A DNA stretch of 64,000 bases, taken from Octopus vulgaris. Its lineage: Eukaryota. The notes beneath the pieces are model-generated. The model was not told where the DNA came from, made no database searches, and worked only from the letters and a program-made list of their open reading frames with translations. The stretch's first letter is position 1. Every line of letters begins with the position of its first letter. The position numbers were made by a program, and so were the translations under genes. The stretch spans positions 198,524,001 through 198,588,000 of the forward strand of contig OX597814.1 of assembly GCA_951406725.2 (NCBI GenBank), given 5' to 3'. This document shows positions 27,790 through 40,454 of this stretch, one piece after another.

Positions 27790-28687
27790 TACGAATTCTA
27801 ATCAATAAGTAACCGGACTGCTGCTATAGTAACGAAGCTAAAGCACGCAGAGTAAAGCCGCTTGGCAGAGATTGACCTTGAACTCTGCTGTGCAAGCGCA
27901 CTAAGTTTTAACGTTCTAGCTCACTTCTGCTGTTCACAACAGAGCTTGGAAGGAAGGTGTGTAGCGTGTGATGGCCGTAATGACCATGACAGAAAGTTGT
28001 GCAGAGAATCTGCATCAAATTTTTCCTAAAGATTAGCGATACCTGCTCAGAGGCCTACGCAAAGTTTTCAAAAAATTTTCATCGTTCTCGACACAATCAA
28101 GGAGATCCTGTACAACTGAAACCCGAGTGTCTTTTTGGTCAGCTGAAAGCAATTTTGGTACAAACTTGGCAGACACGCCTCTCATACCTAAATCTTCAGT
28201 GAGAATGGACTGAACTGAACCGTAACTAATCTGCACATCCTCTGATAACTCACGGTTGGTGATTCGACGATTTCCCCTCACAGCTGCACGCACATCTGTA
28301 ATGTTTTTCTCAGTCCTGCTGGTTGCGGGTCTCCCAGAACGTTCGTCAATATCGACATTTTATCGGCCATCTTGGAAACGTCTGAACCACTCGCACACTT
28401 GTGTGCGGCTCATCCATTCCTCTCAATACACTTTCTGCAACTTTGCGTAGGCCTCTGAGCAGCTATTGCCATGACAACTTTCTCTGTCATGGTCAGTGCG
28501 ACGATCACACGCTACACACCTTCCTTCCAAGCACTGATGTAAACAGCGGAAGTGAGCTGGAACGTTAAAATCTTAGTGCGCATGCACAGCAGATTTCAAG
28601 GTCGATCTTTGCGAAGCGGCCTCACGTTGCGTGCTCTAACTTCGTTACTATGGTAACAATCCGGATACTTATTGATCAGACCTAATA
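27790..28687 (-). mobile_element. Non-autonomous mariner built from two left ends (long inverted arms)
   Basis: TIR-like tcaataagta.ccgga at both TA-bounded ends; transposase N-terminus QRICIKF, ERSGRP, NRRITNREL..VSAKFVPKLL; no DD34D domain. Confidence 0.88.
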
Positions 28688-28809
28688 CCTTCGAACTTGT
28701 CAAGTTCCCTTTCCCTTTCACTCTCTGATACACACACACATACAAATGCACGCACAAATATACTCACGCAAACACACACACACACACACCCAAGCACTAA
28801 AAAAAAACT

Positions 28810-29120
28810 GGCTCTCCGTCGGTTACGACGACGCGTGTTCCAGTTGATCCGATCAAGAGAACAGCCTGCTCGTGAACTTAACGTGCGAATGGCGGTGCAC
28901 GCCACAGACACGTGTACCCTTAACGTAGCTCTCAGGAAGATTCAGCGTGATATAGAATGCGATAAGGCTGGCTTTTTGAATTACAGGTACAACTTAATTC
29001 TGCCAGTTGTGTGAACTGGAGGAGCGTGAAATAACTGGCTTGCTCAAGGACACAGCACGCAGCCGGGAATCGATCTCACTACATTAAGCCTGTGAAATGA
29101 TTATCTTAACCACTAAACCA
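28810..29120 (-). mobile_element. Chimeric SINE: D-type head/core with C1 tail
   Basis: gtgtccttgagcaag core followed by the aagggtacacgtgtctgtgg...cgtcgtaaccgacggag tail. Confidence 0.7.
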
Positions 29121-29130
29121 CAAACATTCA

Positions 29131-29173
<43 letters not shown>

Positions 29174-29184
29174 TACATATATGT

Positions 29185-29494
29185 CTCGTGATCATGGGAC
29201 CAACCATGCTATCAGATGTTGCTACACATCGCTGGTCACAATGCGCTTCGCATTGTTTTAGCCTTCAAATGACGCCACTCCGCTGGCTAAGCGAGCAGGC
29301 CTACAGAAGAAAGAGTAAGAGAAAGTTTCTGTGAAAGAGTACAGCAGGGATCGCCACCCCCCCCCTGCCGGAGCCACGTGGAGTTTTAGGATTTTTTCGC
29401 TCAATAAACACTCACAAAGCCCGGTCTGGGAATCGAAACCGCGATCCTACGACCGCGAGTCCGCTGCCCTAACTACTGGGCCAATGCGCCTCCA
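29185..29494 (-). mobile_element. SINE-C2 (tRNA-like C head with C2 tail)
   Basis: Head tggaggcgcattggcccagtagttagggcagcggactcgcg; tail as in 19932-20050. Confidence 0.88.
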
Positions 29495-29890
29495 CAGATA
29501 CATATATGTAAACATATTTGAAGAGAGAGCTATGGACTAATTACAGCGAAATGTGAATGACAATAGGAAATGAATTAATGAAATGACGATAGGTATGTTA
29601 GCAGCTGTATTTAATATACATGAGACTATGTCAATCTATTTCTGTAAGTAAATAATCGTATTTGACCGAAGCTCGCTGCTATCTTCTCAAACAGTAATGG
29701 CCTATTAATGAGTCATGTCCTCTTGTTGCACAATCGCATTGTTTTGCCGCCAAGGTGAATTACCGATCTCGTGAAAGAAGAATAAATATTTCATTAGTCC
29801 AAGAACGTCTGTCGGCTAACCTTGAAATCTTCGCTTCTGTATTCTATTGCGTATTTGTTTACGTGTATGAAGTATTACACACACACACAC

Positions 29891-29955
<65 letters not shown>

Positions 29956-30029
29956 TAAATAAAATAAAACATATGCATATATATAAACATCTATATACGT
30001 ACCTACCTCTACATGTACATATACACGCA

Positions 30030-30208
30030 TATATGAGTACAGGACACCAAAAGGACGTCGAACACAATGAGAAACGAAAACATAGACACAAACCAAAGGA
30101 ACTGGACATTTTTTTTAAACAACAAAAAAATAGAGTACAGGACAATTAACACAAAGAAAAACCCCTTCTTCAGTCGCTATGGTTTCATCTACTCTACGTT
30201 TCAAAGGA
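30030..30208 (-). mobile_element. Penelope-like fragment (related copy 19120-19195 on +)
   Basis: Internal repeat gagtacaggaca x2; GAAACGTA half-motif at the truncated end. Confidence 0.45.
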
Positions 30209-30226
30209 TATATCTATATATCTATC

Positions 30227-30258
<32 letters not shown>

Positions 30259-30443
30259 TAATAATAAGGGTTTTTTGCAACAAGTTGCTTAAACCACATA
30301 CTGAAAATTTTAGAAATAGCAGCCAAAAGACTACTATTTCCTTTTACTACAAAAATAAGTCTCCACAGACAACAATATCTGTAACTCACATATGGCAAAA
30401 AAAAAAAAGAAGAAAAACAATGAAATCACACAGTCTTCGGTCA

Positions 30444-30502
30444 ATTATGGACGCACGTTTCTGGATTAGAATCGTAAGGTTCATTTCCTTTATCAACATA
30501 AT
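30444..30502 (-). ncRNA. Minimal hammerhead-like motif with U3-A8 core
   Basis: attatg TTGATAA a gga..tcc a GAAAC gtgc GTC cataat; perfect 6-bp stem I, imperfect stem II. Confidence 0.5.
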
Positions 30503-30659
30503 ATTCCTCATAAATCTAGAAATGCTATGTATAGTGGCTGTGTCATAAGAAGCTTGCTTCCCAACCACATGGTTCCGGGTTCAGTCCCACTGTGTATAGC
30601 CTCGGGCCGACCAAAGCCTTGTGAATGGATTTGGTAGATTTGGTAGAAAGAAAGTGTTC

Positions 30660-30692
<33 letters not shown>

Positions 30693-30697
<5 letters not shown>

Positions 30698-31306
30698 GAA
30701 ATATTAAAAGTCTCTCTAAAAGAGAACAACGGCAGCGTTCCCGGAAAATAATAGTTATCGCCATATTAATATGGCATTCTTATAAAAATAAGAATAAAGC
30801 TGTCCGCTTATTAGCTCCATGAGGCCATCGCCTTAAGTTAGCTATTTGATACACAAACTGTATCCATATAACCTTCGAACAAGGGAGGTCAGTCGCTCCA
30901 CACTACTTATTTTTATAAGAATGCCATTTAATATGGCGATAACTATTATTTTCCGGTAACGCTGCCGTTGTTCTCTTTTAGAGAGACTTAGTAATTTTAA
31001 TATTTCTATTATTGAAAACAAGTGGATGTATTCCACCAAAACTAAGTAAATAAAACCTTCGAACAGAGATTGTCAGAAGCGACACCTACTGGTCTGGCTA
31101 CGCTGCATTGAAAAGGGGCAATACCCCGAAACGCGTCTGTAGCTGCCGGTCAAGTAGTGTGGAGCGACTGACCTCCCTTGTTCGAAGGTTATATGGATAC
31201 AGTTTGTGTATCAAATAGCTAACTTAAGGCGATGGCCTCATGGAGCTAATAAGCGGACAGCTTTATTCTTATTTTTATAAGAATGCCATATTAATATGGC
31301 GATAAC

Positions 31307-31310
<4 letters not shown>
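30693..31310. mobile_element. Fold-back, circularly permuted ~360-bp hammerhead repeat (retrozyme/PLE-like)
   Basis: 30693-30908 is the reverse complement of 31152-31310 continued by 30950-31010; 30908-30950 recurs at 31270-31310. Confidence 0.8.
31102..31143 (+). ncRNA. Minimal type I hammerhead ribozyme, U3-A8 variant
   Basis: gctgca TTGAAAA gggg caata cccc GAAAC gc GTC tgtagc. Confidence 0.75.
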
Positions 31311-31368
<58 letters not shown>

Positions 31369-31416
31369 ATATGTATGTATGTATGTATGTACGTATGTAT
31401 GTATGTATGTATGTAT

Positions 31417-31606
31417 GGAGAGAATTCACAAAAAAAACCCAACCAATAGACGAAGATAGGTGGTGTAAACAACAAACAGATGTATTAGTATAACACTCAG
31501 GTGAAATTGTCTTTAACGTTTCGAACTTATGCTCTTCCATAGAAAAGAACACAGTAAAAAACGAGAGAAAATAAAGAATGTGTAGTGGCCAGCGATCTAT
31601 AATGGC

Positions 31607-31610
<4 letters not shown>
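31417..31610 (-). mobile_element. Family P1 fragment
   Basis: Homologous to 761-960. Confidence 0.65.
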
Positions 31611-31677
<67 letters not shown>

Positions 31678-31680
<3 letters not shown>

Positions 31681-31969
31681 CCCAGTGGTTGGGGCAGCGG
31701 ACTGGCGGTCGTAGGATCGCAGTTTCCATTCCGAGACCGGGCGTTGTGAGTATTTATTGAGCGAAAACACCTAAAAGCTACACGAGGCTCCGGCAGCCGG
31801 TGGTGATCCCTGCTGTACTCTTTCACCACTCTTTCACTTGCTCTTTCTTCTGTTGGCCTGCTCGCTTAGCCGGCGGGTGGCGTCATTCGAAGGCTAAAAC
31901 AATGCGAACGCATTGTGCCTAGCGATGTGTAACAACATCTGATGGTCTGGTCGGTCACGTGATCATGTG

Positions 31970-31970
<1 letters not shown>
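31678..31970 (+). mobile_element. SINE-C2 in (TA)n
   Basis: C head with C2 tail. Confidence 0.88.
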
Positions 31971-32002
<32 letters not shown>

Positions 32003-32004
32003 CG

Positions 32005-32160
32005 TGTGTTTACGTCCCCGTAACTTAGTGGCTCGGCAAAACACCCCGTTAGAATAAGTACTAGGCTTACAAAGAATAAGTTCTGGGGTCGATTTGTTCG
32101 AGTAAGGATGGTGCTTCAGGATGGCCGGAGTCAAATGACTGAAACAATAAATGAATAACA
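32005..32160 (+). mobile_element. SINE-B 3' part
   Basis: Tail match. Confidence 0.8.
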
Positions 32161-32180
32161 ATATACAAACACATATCATA

Positions 32181-32220
<40 letters not shown>

Positions 32221-32223
<3 letters not shown>

Positions 32224-33332
32224 TAGTTTTATTTTTATAGCGTGCTTTCACTTCACTACCGAGCGCAGCTCTGTGTGCCTTGGGTATGTGCTGTGATTTG
32301 TTGTGATGCTCTGATGGTTATTGTATGGAAAGTGTTCTGCGTAGGATGTGTGCAGTGCCTAGTAGTGCAATTTTCTGTATGTTATATGTGTTTGTAAGTC
32401 CTGGTGTTTTTGTTATGTATTTGTCTGAATATTTTTTATCATGCCTAATGCACCTACTATGATAGGAACTGTTTATTTTATTTTTTATATTATCATAATC
32501 ATTAGGCTCCCCTTCGTTGTTTACATCGTGTTTGTTGGGAATGTTGCGTTTGTCTTTGTGTTTTACAGTTTCAGTGTTTATATTATTTGGCATTGTTGTG
32601 TGGCTTCTATCTACATTTGCCTGGTGTATTTTTTCTTTTAAATGTTCTATTTCTATTTCTGATATTTTTTTGGCTTTGAGAATGTATCTTCGTACGTTAG
32701 CTAATTTATTAGGGTTCCAAGTCTATATCTCTATTATTTTCCTTCCATATTTTATATGTATGTGTTGTTGTATTTTCATTTTTTGGGTAGAGCACTGCTG
32801 TGAAGTATGCGTGTAAGATAGAAATGTATTCCTCACGTGTCCATTTACGTCTTTTGGATTTTATTTGCGGGACATGAGGTACAACGTCCGGCCCATTATT
32901 TTGACGGTCGTCATTTTCGTAGGGTACCGGTCCGTTTATTTCTGTTGTCACATTATTTCGCACGTGTAGTTTTTCGTACATTTTTTGTTGTAAGTTTAAT
33001 GTACGTACCGCTCGATTGTTATTCTTGGGTTGAATAGTATCGGTGGCATTTAATTTCTTCGTAGTTCCTTTGTACATGGTGTTTGGGGTCGGGGATGATC
33101 GTGATGTTCCACGCATGTTTACATGTGTTGTGTTAGAGGTGGAGATGATATAGAGTCAAAATACATCATTTCGTTTCGAAAATAGTAATAAATTTCAATT
33201 AGTATTACTTACTCGGATACAGTCCAATTCTTTGTTAGTAAATCTTTGGCTCCATAGGATGTCCTTGTTTTCGATGTTTGTGGATAGATTTCGGAGCTCT
33301 GAATTTTCCTTCTTACATCTTAAACGTCCCCC
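32221..33332 (-). mobile_element. Internally deleted R4/Dong-like non-LTR element in (TAA)n
   Basis: N-terminal KRRKWTREEY..HAYF and C-terminal IQKIALLGTAHILRRTL; RT absent; (TAA)n on both sides. Confidence 0.8.
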
Positions 33333-33420
33333 ATTATTATTATTATTACTATTATTATTATTATTATTATTATTCATGACACTGCTTGGAATCGAACTCG
33401 GAATCTCTTAACCACTGCGC

Positions 33421-33451
<31 letters not shown>

Positions 33452-33809
33452 TATGTATATGTGTGTGAATGTGTGTGTGTGTGCATAATCTTTAATTGCG
33501 GTTATGCTGGAGCACCACCTTAAAAGGTTAACTCGGACGAATCATTCCATCATCCCAATACTATATATATATATGTATGTACTTTATAGGAGGTATTCGA
33601 AGCTGACATTTTCTCCCACTTTTTCTTCTCCAGACCGACACATGTAACCATAGCAGGAAACTTTAGTATGAAACAGATGAATACTCACTAGAGTTCACTT
33701 GTACTGAATAATTATTACTCTTCTTCGCGAAAGTAAACACACACACACACACGTGCACATACACACACGAGCACACAAATATAAATTCATACATTGATAC
33801 ACGCATATG

Positions 33810-33814
33810 TATTA

Positions 33815-33896
<82 letters not shown>

Positions 33897-33904
33897 CTGC
33901 GCAT

Positions 33905-33943
<39 letters not shown>

Positions 33944-33949
33944 CTGCGC

Positions 33950-33980
<31 letters not shown>

Positions 33981-34073
33981 TACATATATGTATATATATA
34001 TATGCATGTATGTATCTGCGCATATCATATATATATATATATATATACATACATACAGAAATATATACATATA

Positions 34074-34115
<42 letters not shown>

Positions 34116-34154
34116 TACATATATGTATATATATGTATGTATGTATCTGCGCAT

Positions 34155-34194
<40 letters not shown>

Positions 34195-34320
34195 CAGAAA
34201 TATATACATATATGTGTGTATATATATATATATATTTATATATACATATATACATATATGTATATATATATATGTATGTATGTATCTGCGAATATCATAT
34301 ATATATGTATCTATGTGTGT
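33810..34320. repeat. (TA)n with a higher-order unit gtatgtatctgcgcatatcata
   Basis: Motif recurs near 33890, 33936, 34008, 34140 and 34280. Confidence 0.9.
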
Positions 34321-34413
34321 ATATCAAATATCTTCCCGATACATATATTGTAGAAAAGGAGAAAATAGGAAATATATGAAATAGATAGTTAAGTAGATAG
34401 GCTTATTCACAGA

Positions 34414-34463
<50 letters not shown>

Positions 34464-34829
34464 GGTGGGGGCGGAGAGGGAACAGAGGGAAATGAGAAAT
34501 GATGATGATGCAGAAACATTTGACCTCTGAAATATTATATGATAATGAAGAATGATGTGTAATCGCCAAAGTTAGAGTAGTAGAGTTATTTTGGTCAATA
34601 TGATTGGTAGATATGGGACACGTGAGAACGTGATAGCGGGGAAAGTCATGTGCACAGCTACATATATATATATACATACATAAATGCACGTGTATAAATA
34701 TGATACACAAGTGCCTGGATACATACATCTTCGCATGCTTGTATCAGACATAACAACATACCTACACACGTGCATTCTCTCTTTCTCTCTCTCTCTCTCT
34801 CTATCCCTCTCTCACACACACTTATCCAT

Positions 34830-34875
<46 letters not shown>

Positions 34876-34935
34876 CTATCTATCTATCTATCTATCTATC
34901 ATCTATATCTATCATCTATCTATCATCTATCTATC

Positions 34936-34998
<63 letters not shown>

Positions 34999-35020
34999 AT
35001 CTATCTATCATCTATCTATC

Positions 35021-35078
<58 letters not shown>

Positions 35079-35577
35079 CTGCAAAGGCAAACATACATGT
35101 ATGCATATATGCAAACAAACACACATACATATATCCATAGATACATAGATATATTCACGTCTTCATACATATATTCATGCGTATGGATGTACATACACGC
35201 TTGCATACGTACATAAACATTTTCTTTGTTGATGATCTTAAGTCGTTTTCAAGTAATATTCCTGACACTAAGAGACGTTTAGAACTGGAAAAACACTCTC
35301 ACGGGACATAGGAAAGCAGTTTGGTTAGGATAATTGTCAATATTAGACAATTGTTATGCGAGAAACGGTAGTCGATCAAACAAAGAATATGGATACCAAT
35401 GGCCTTTCTGTCTGGTCCATCTCTAATGATGCATATGATAAATACTTCATAAAATTTTGCATATATTGGTGGTGTGACTGAAGCTAGAGTGACAAAGTAA
35501 TCCAACATTTGAATTACTAGATTGGACACTTACAGAAATTAACAGCTTGGACAAGAGGACCAAGGAGATATTGGATT

Positions 35578-35960
35578 GGAAGCACTCCGTCGGTTACGAC
35601 GACGAGGGTTCCGGTTGATCCGAATCAACGGAACAGCCTGCTCGTGAAATTAACGTGTAAGTGGCTGAGCACTCCACAGACACGTGTAACCTTAACGTAG
35701 TTCACGGGGATATTCAGCGTGACACAGAGAGTGACAAAGCCGGCCCTTTGAAATACAGGTACAACAGAAACAGGAAGTAAGAGTGAGAGAAAGTTGTGGT
35801 GAAAGAGTACAGAAGGGATCAACACCATCCCCTGCCGGAGCCTCGTGGAGCTTTAGGTGTTTTCGCTCAATAAACACTCACAATGCCCGGTCTGGGAATC
35901 GAAACCGCGATCCTATGACCGCGAGTCAGCTGCCCTAACCACTGGGCCATTGCGCCTCCA
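35578..35960 (-). mobile_element. SINE-C1 full length, TSD ccaaggagatat
   Basis: C head with C1 tail; direct repeat at ~35560 and ~35962. Confidence 0.9.
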
Positions 35961-36019
35961 CCCAAGGAGATATAGGGCCGGTCTGTTCGATGTCATTCTT
36001 TTCACTTTTGTCGTTCATT

Positions 36020-36210
36020 CATTTCGGACACCGGACTGCAGCCATGCTGGAGCAATGTCTTGAAGTATTTTAGTGGAGAAATGAACTTCAGTACTTAATT
36101 GTGGTAGGTCTGATACTCGTTCTCTCGGTCTCTTTTGCTGAACCACACAGTTACGGGGACGCAAAACAAACGAAAACCAGTTGTTAAGCGGTGGGGACGA
36201 CACACACACA
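36020..36210 (-). mobile_element. Old SINE-B 3' part
   Basis: gactgcagccatgctggagca..tcggtctcttttgctgaacc. Confidence 0.7.
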
Positions 36211-36354
36211 AATGGAGTTGCATGAAACGATTGTACTGCATTACCTCTGGATATCCTTGTTGCTTATTTTGATTTGAATCACCTTACTTTGAAATTGTAT
36301 GGATAATACCGTACTAAATTCTGGTGCCTCAACTTAAGTACCATATTCATCTGA

Positions 36355-36417
<63 letters not shown>

Positions 36418-36589
36418 CATATCCCTGCCTGTAAACTACTACTTTAAGTGTATTAAATGTCAAATGCTTACTATATGAAATGTATTGTTTTTTTTTCTTT
36501 TTAACCGTTGTTTGTAATAAAAAATTGCTTTTAACCAACGGCGGTTCTATATCTAAGTATTACAACCTCCTGAGAATAGCATAAATACA

Positions 36590-37781
36590 TACATAGCCGG
36601 ATTACTACCTCCCACTTTGAAGGTTATGCATTTGCAATCCAAGAACAGAAAATATCAATGAAATACCTGATGCACAAAAGGGATAGGAATACAGAAAAAG
36701 CAGTAAAATGTCACAACCGATGCAAACTTTGTGGAGTTAACACCGAATATAACATCCACATCATAAGCAGTTCTCCGAAAATGTCATCACGGTAGTATCT
36801 ACCGATGAGATATGATGTAGCTTGGACACTCTATAATGAAATCCGTCGGAAGGATAACCCCGAGGACAAAGAAATAAGAACCCACAGTATGATAGAAGCC
36901 ATAATAAGAAGGAGTACTAGTGGAATGTCTCAGGGAAGACTTCAGTAAAATGTAAGCAACACAGACCTGATATAATGATTTAGGATAGAGAAGAGAAACT
37001 GTACAGTTGTGGAAATTTGTTGCCAATGGATGTCAACATGAAGCCGAAGATCAGTGAAAAAGAGAATACCTAGACTGAACTACTGAGAAATCTGCAGTTA
37101 TTCTATCCAGATTATAAATTCGGGTTTATACTTGTAAATATTGGGGCCCTGGGATATGTAACATACTGCCTAAATACCAAACAAGAGAAATTAGGCTTCT
37201 CAAACCCAGAAAGGAGAAAGCTAATTCGAAACTACAGATCCAATCCATCACTGGAACTCTAAATATCTGTAAAACTTTCCAGAATTTTATCGTTTAAGTA
37301 TATATATATATATGCATGTTTAGATATGCAACTATATGCATGAGAATACAAACTTAAAACAAAACATACAAATCTACACATATACGTACATGTATACATG
37401 CATGATTACATACATACAGCGGGTGTTAACACAAAGCTGAAGATCAGTGAAAAAGAGAACACGTATGCTGAACTATTGAGAAATCTGCAGTTACTCTATC
37501 CAGATTACAAGTTCAGGTTTATACATGTAATTATTGGAACCCTGGGATATGTAACACACTACCTAAATACCAGTCTTGAGAAATTAGGTTTCTCAAAATC
37601 AGAAAGGTGAAAGCTAATTCGAAGACTACGGATCTAAGCCATCACTGGGTCTGTAAAAATCTGAAAAACTTTCCAGAAGTTTTTCATTTAAATATATATG
37701 AGCATATCTTGATATGTCACTCTATGCATGAGAATACATACATACATACATACAAATCTGTACATACATACATACATACAT

Positions 37782-37828
<47 letters not shown>

Positions 37829-37915
37829 AAAATATGCTGTTGTTGATGTTGAAATTCAAATGAAGGAGCCTTGGAGCTAGGTTAGAAACCGGTTCTTTAT
37901 TCGCAAGAAATCCTG
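36590..37915 (+). pseudogene. R4-like (restriction-like endonuclease) LINE 3' part, with duplicated end at 37420-37740
   Basis: EGYAFAIQEQ, RCKLCG...HIISS knuckle, decayed PD..(D/E) region, YPDYKFRFIHVIIGTLG. Confidence 0.85.
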
Positions 37916-37951
37916 AACAAAAACATGCATACATACACATGCATGCATATA

Positions 37952-38017
<66 letters not shown>

Positions 38018-38468
38018 CATACACACACAATACTTATACATACATATATTCATATGTTCATACATACATATATTCGTCGAAAGTCAGGTTGAACTTGACC
38101 TATATTAGTAATTAATCTAGGTTTAATGCAAATCAGTTATTCCTCTACAATTTTTTGTGAATTCTTAAATGTATCTACTTCTGTGTGTGTGTGTGTGTGT
38201 ACTACCAAACAAACATGATTTTTATTGAACTCAAAAGGTTTTTTGGGGTCCCGTTCTGATTACTTTCTTAAATACTTTCTTGTAAACTGTTTTTAACATT
38301 TTCTTATTATTATCAAAGAATGTATATATGTATTTTAATACTTTTGTGATAACCAGTACTTAACACAACAAAGCTCATAGAAATCTTTACATTTTACTTT
38401 TGACAATCATTTTCTAAAAATTTGAAACCGGTCAAGTGAATAAACATCTTTAAAATTGCATTTTCAAA

Positions 38469-38537
<69 letters not shown>

Positions 38538-38544
38538 ACACACA

Positions 38545-38635
<91 letters not shown>

Positions 38636-38639
38636 AATG

Positions 38640-38797
38640 CACCCTTCCATCGCAGCGTTACTCATTTTGCCAGCTGAGTGGACTGGAGCAACGTGAAATG
38701 AAGTGTTTTGCTTAAGAACATAAAGTGTCGTCCGGTCCAGGAATCGAAACCACAATCTTACGATCATGATGCTGTCACCCTAACCACTAAGCCACTA
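38640..38797 (-). mobile_element. SINE-D head and CORE-like domain
   Basis: ggtttcgattcctggacc..tgttcttaagcaaaacacttcatttcacgttgctccagtccactcagctgg. Confidence 0.75.
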
Positions 38798-38992
38798 AGA
38801 AGAAAAGACATTGCGGAGAAGGATGACAAAGGAACATTCGGAAAACACACACAAGAGGTGGAGAGATGGACGTACTCATTTCTCATCAATTTATTGACCT
38901 TAAATCCGCAGCATTTCGCGCCAGTATCGCTCTCCCTCCCCCTCTCTATATATATCTATGTGTGTATATATATACATATATGTGCATGCATG

Positions 38993-39024
<32 letters not shown>

Positions 39025-39027
39025 CAC

Positions 39028-39098
<71 letters not shown>

Positions 39099-39664
39099 CG
39101 CGTGTGCTCATGTGTGTTAGTGTAATTACGTACATAGTTGTGTGAGTATATGTGTGTATGTACGTGCATGTGTGTGTGTGTGTGTGTTTGCAAGTATATG
39201 TGCGTATTTGCATCGAAATGAGGTCGGTGTAAATGCATTAAGATGTTTTATATAGCGATGGCGGCTTGGGATATATTGCCGCGCATTTGCCGTCACATTC
39301 AGTCATTATGGGAATAGTTTCTGCAAAAATCGAGACAAAAACAAACGCAATAGAGAGCCTCTTGTAAGAAGTTTAGTCTAAGTCTGTGTGTACTTAAAGA
39401 CTTTGTGCGAGATAATCCGGGATTAGGATGAACTGTGGCGTCTGTTGTGGTAGCCTCCTGCCAGTTAATTGAATTCATCAATTGTTACAACGTGGAGTCA
39501 TTGTTGCTATATTATTAATCAGATTAACGGCTGGAATAACAGATTTATCAACTCTACTGCTGTATTCGCTCGCTAACATCAGCATAAATACCATGACATA
39601 ATTGTCACCGAGATCGTACTATAATATATCCAACCATATTTACAACGTTGGTAGTAGAAATACC

Positions 39665-40082
39665 AAGGCGGCAAGCTGGCGGAAACGTTAGCACGCCGGG
39701 CGAAATGCGTAGCCGTATTTCGTCTGCTGTTACGTTCTGAGTTCAAATTCCGCCGGGGTCGACTTTGCCTTTCATCCTTTCGGGGTCGATAAATTAAGCA
39801 CCAGTTACGCACTGGGGTCGATATAATCGGCTTCATCTGTTTGTCTGTCCTTGTTTGTCCCCTCTGTGTTTAGCCCCTTGTGAGTAGTAAAGAAATAGGT
39901 ATTTCGTCTGTCTTTATGTTCTGAGTTCAAATTCCTCCGAGGTCGACTTTGCCTTTCATCCTTTCGGGGTCGATAAAGTAAGTACGAGTTACGCAGTGGG
40001 GTCGATATAATCGATTTAATCCGTTTGTTTGTCCTTGTTTGTCCTCTCTGTGTTTAGCCCCTTGTGGGTAGTAAAGAAATAG
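39665..40082 (+). mobile_element. SINE-A dimer (184-bp unit x2) with ~15-bp TSD
   Basis: Units start at 39715 and 39899; flanks ggtagtagaaatacca / ggtactagaaatacca. Confidence 0.9.
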
Positions 40083-40454
40083 GTACTAGAAATACCAGTG
40101 TAATGGAGTAAATAACTTGAGAGGTTTATTAAAGATTCTTTAATATTTCAAGTTCAAGCTCTGGCCAAGTTGAACAATTTTACCGGTTATAGAAAAGTTC
40201 GCCATAAATCATTTTTGTCGTAGGAAAATTCACCATATAAAAAAATAAATAAATTGCAAAAAAAATGTCAACAAACCTACTAATTAGAAAAAGGTAATTT
40301 CTTTAATTGCGTTATCTGGTTTACAGTCTGTATGTGTGCTTCCTTTACGGCGAATTTTCCGGACACGATTTTTACCTTTTGTGATCGATAAATTAAGCAC
40401 TAATCAAGCATTGCTTATAATTGAGTGAATGTATTAAAATAAAAATAATAATTG

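Noticed and set aside
33180-33332. Possible HDV-like ribozyme at the 5' end of the Dong-like element
   Set aside because: Could not build the nested pseudoknot by eye
35880-35960. tRNA-like sequences at the heads of SINE-A, B, C and D
   Set aside because: A and B boxes are present but they continue into SINE bodies, some with TSDs; not standalone tRNA genes
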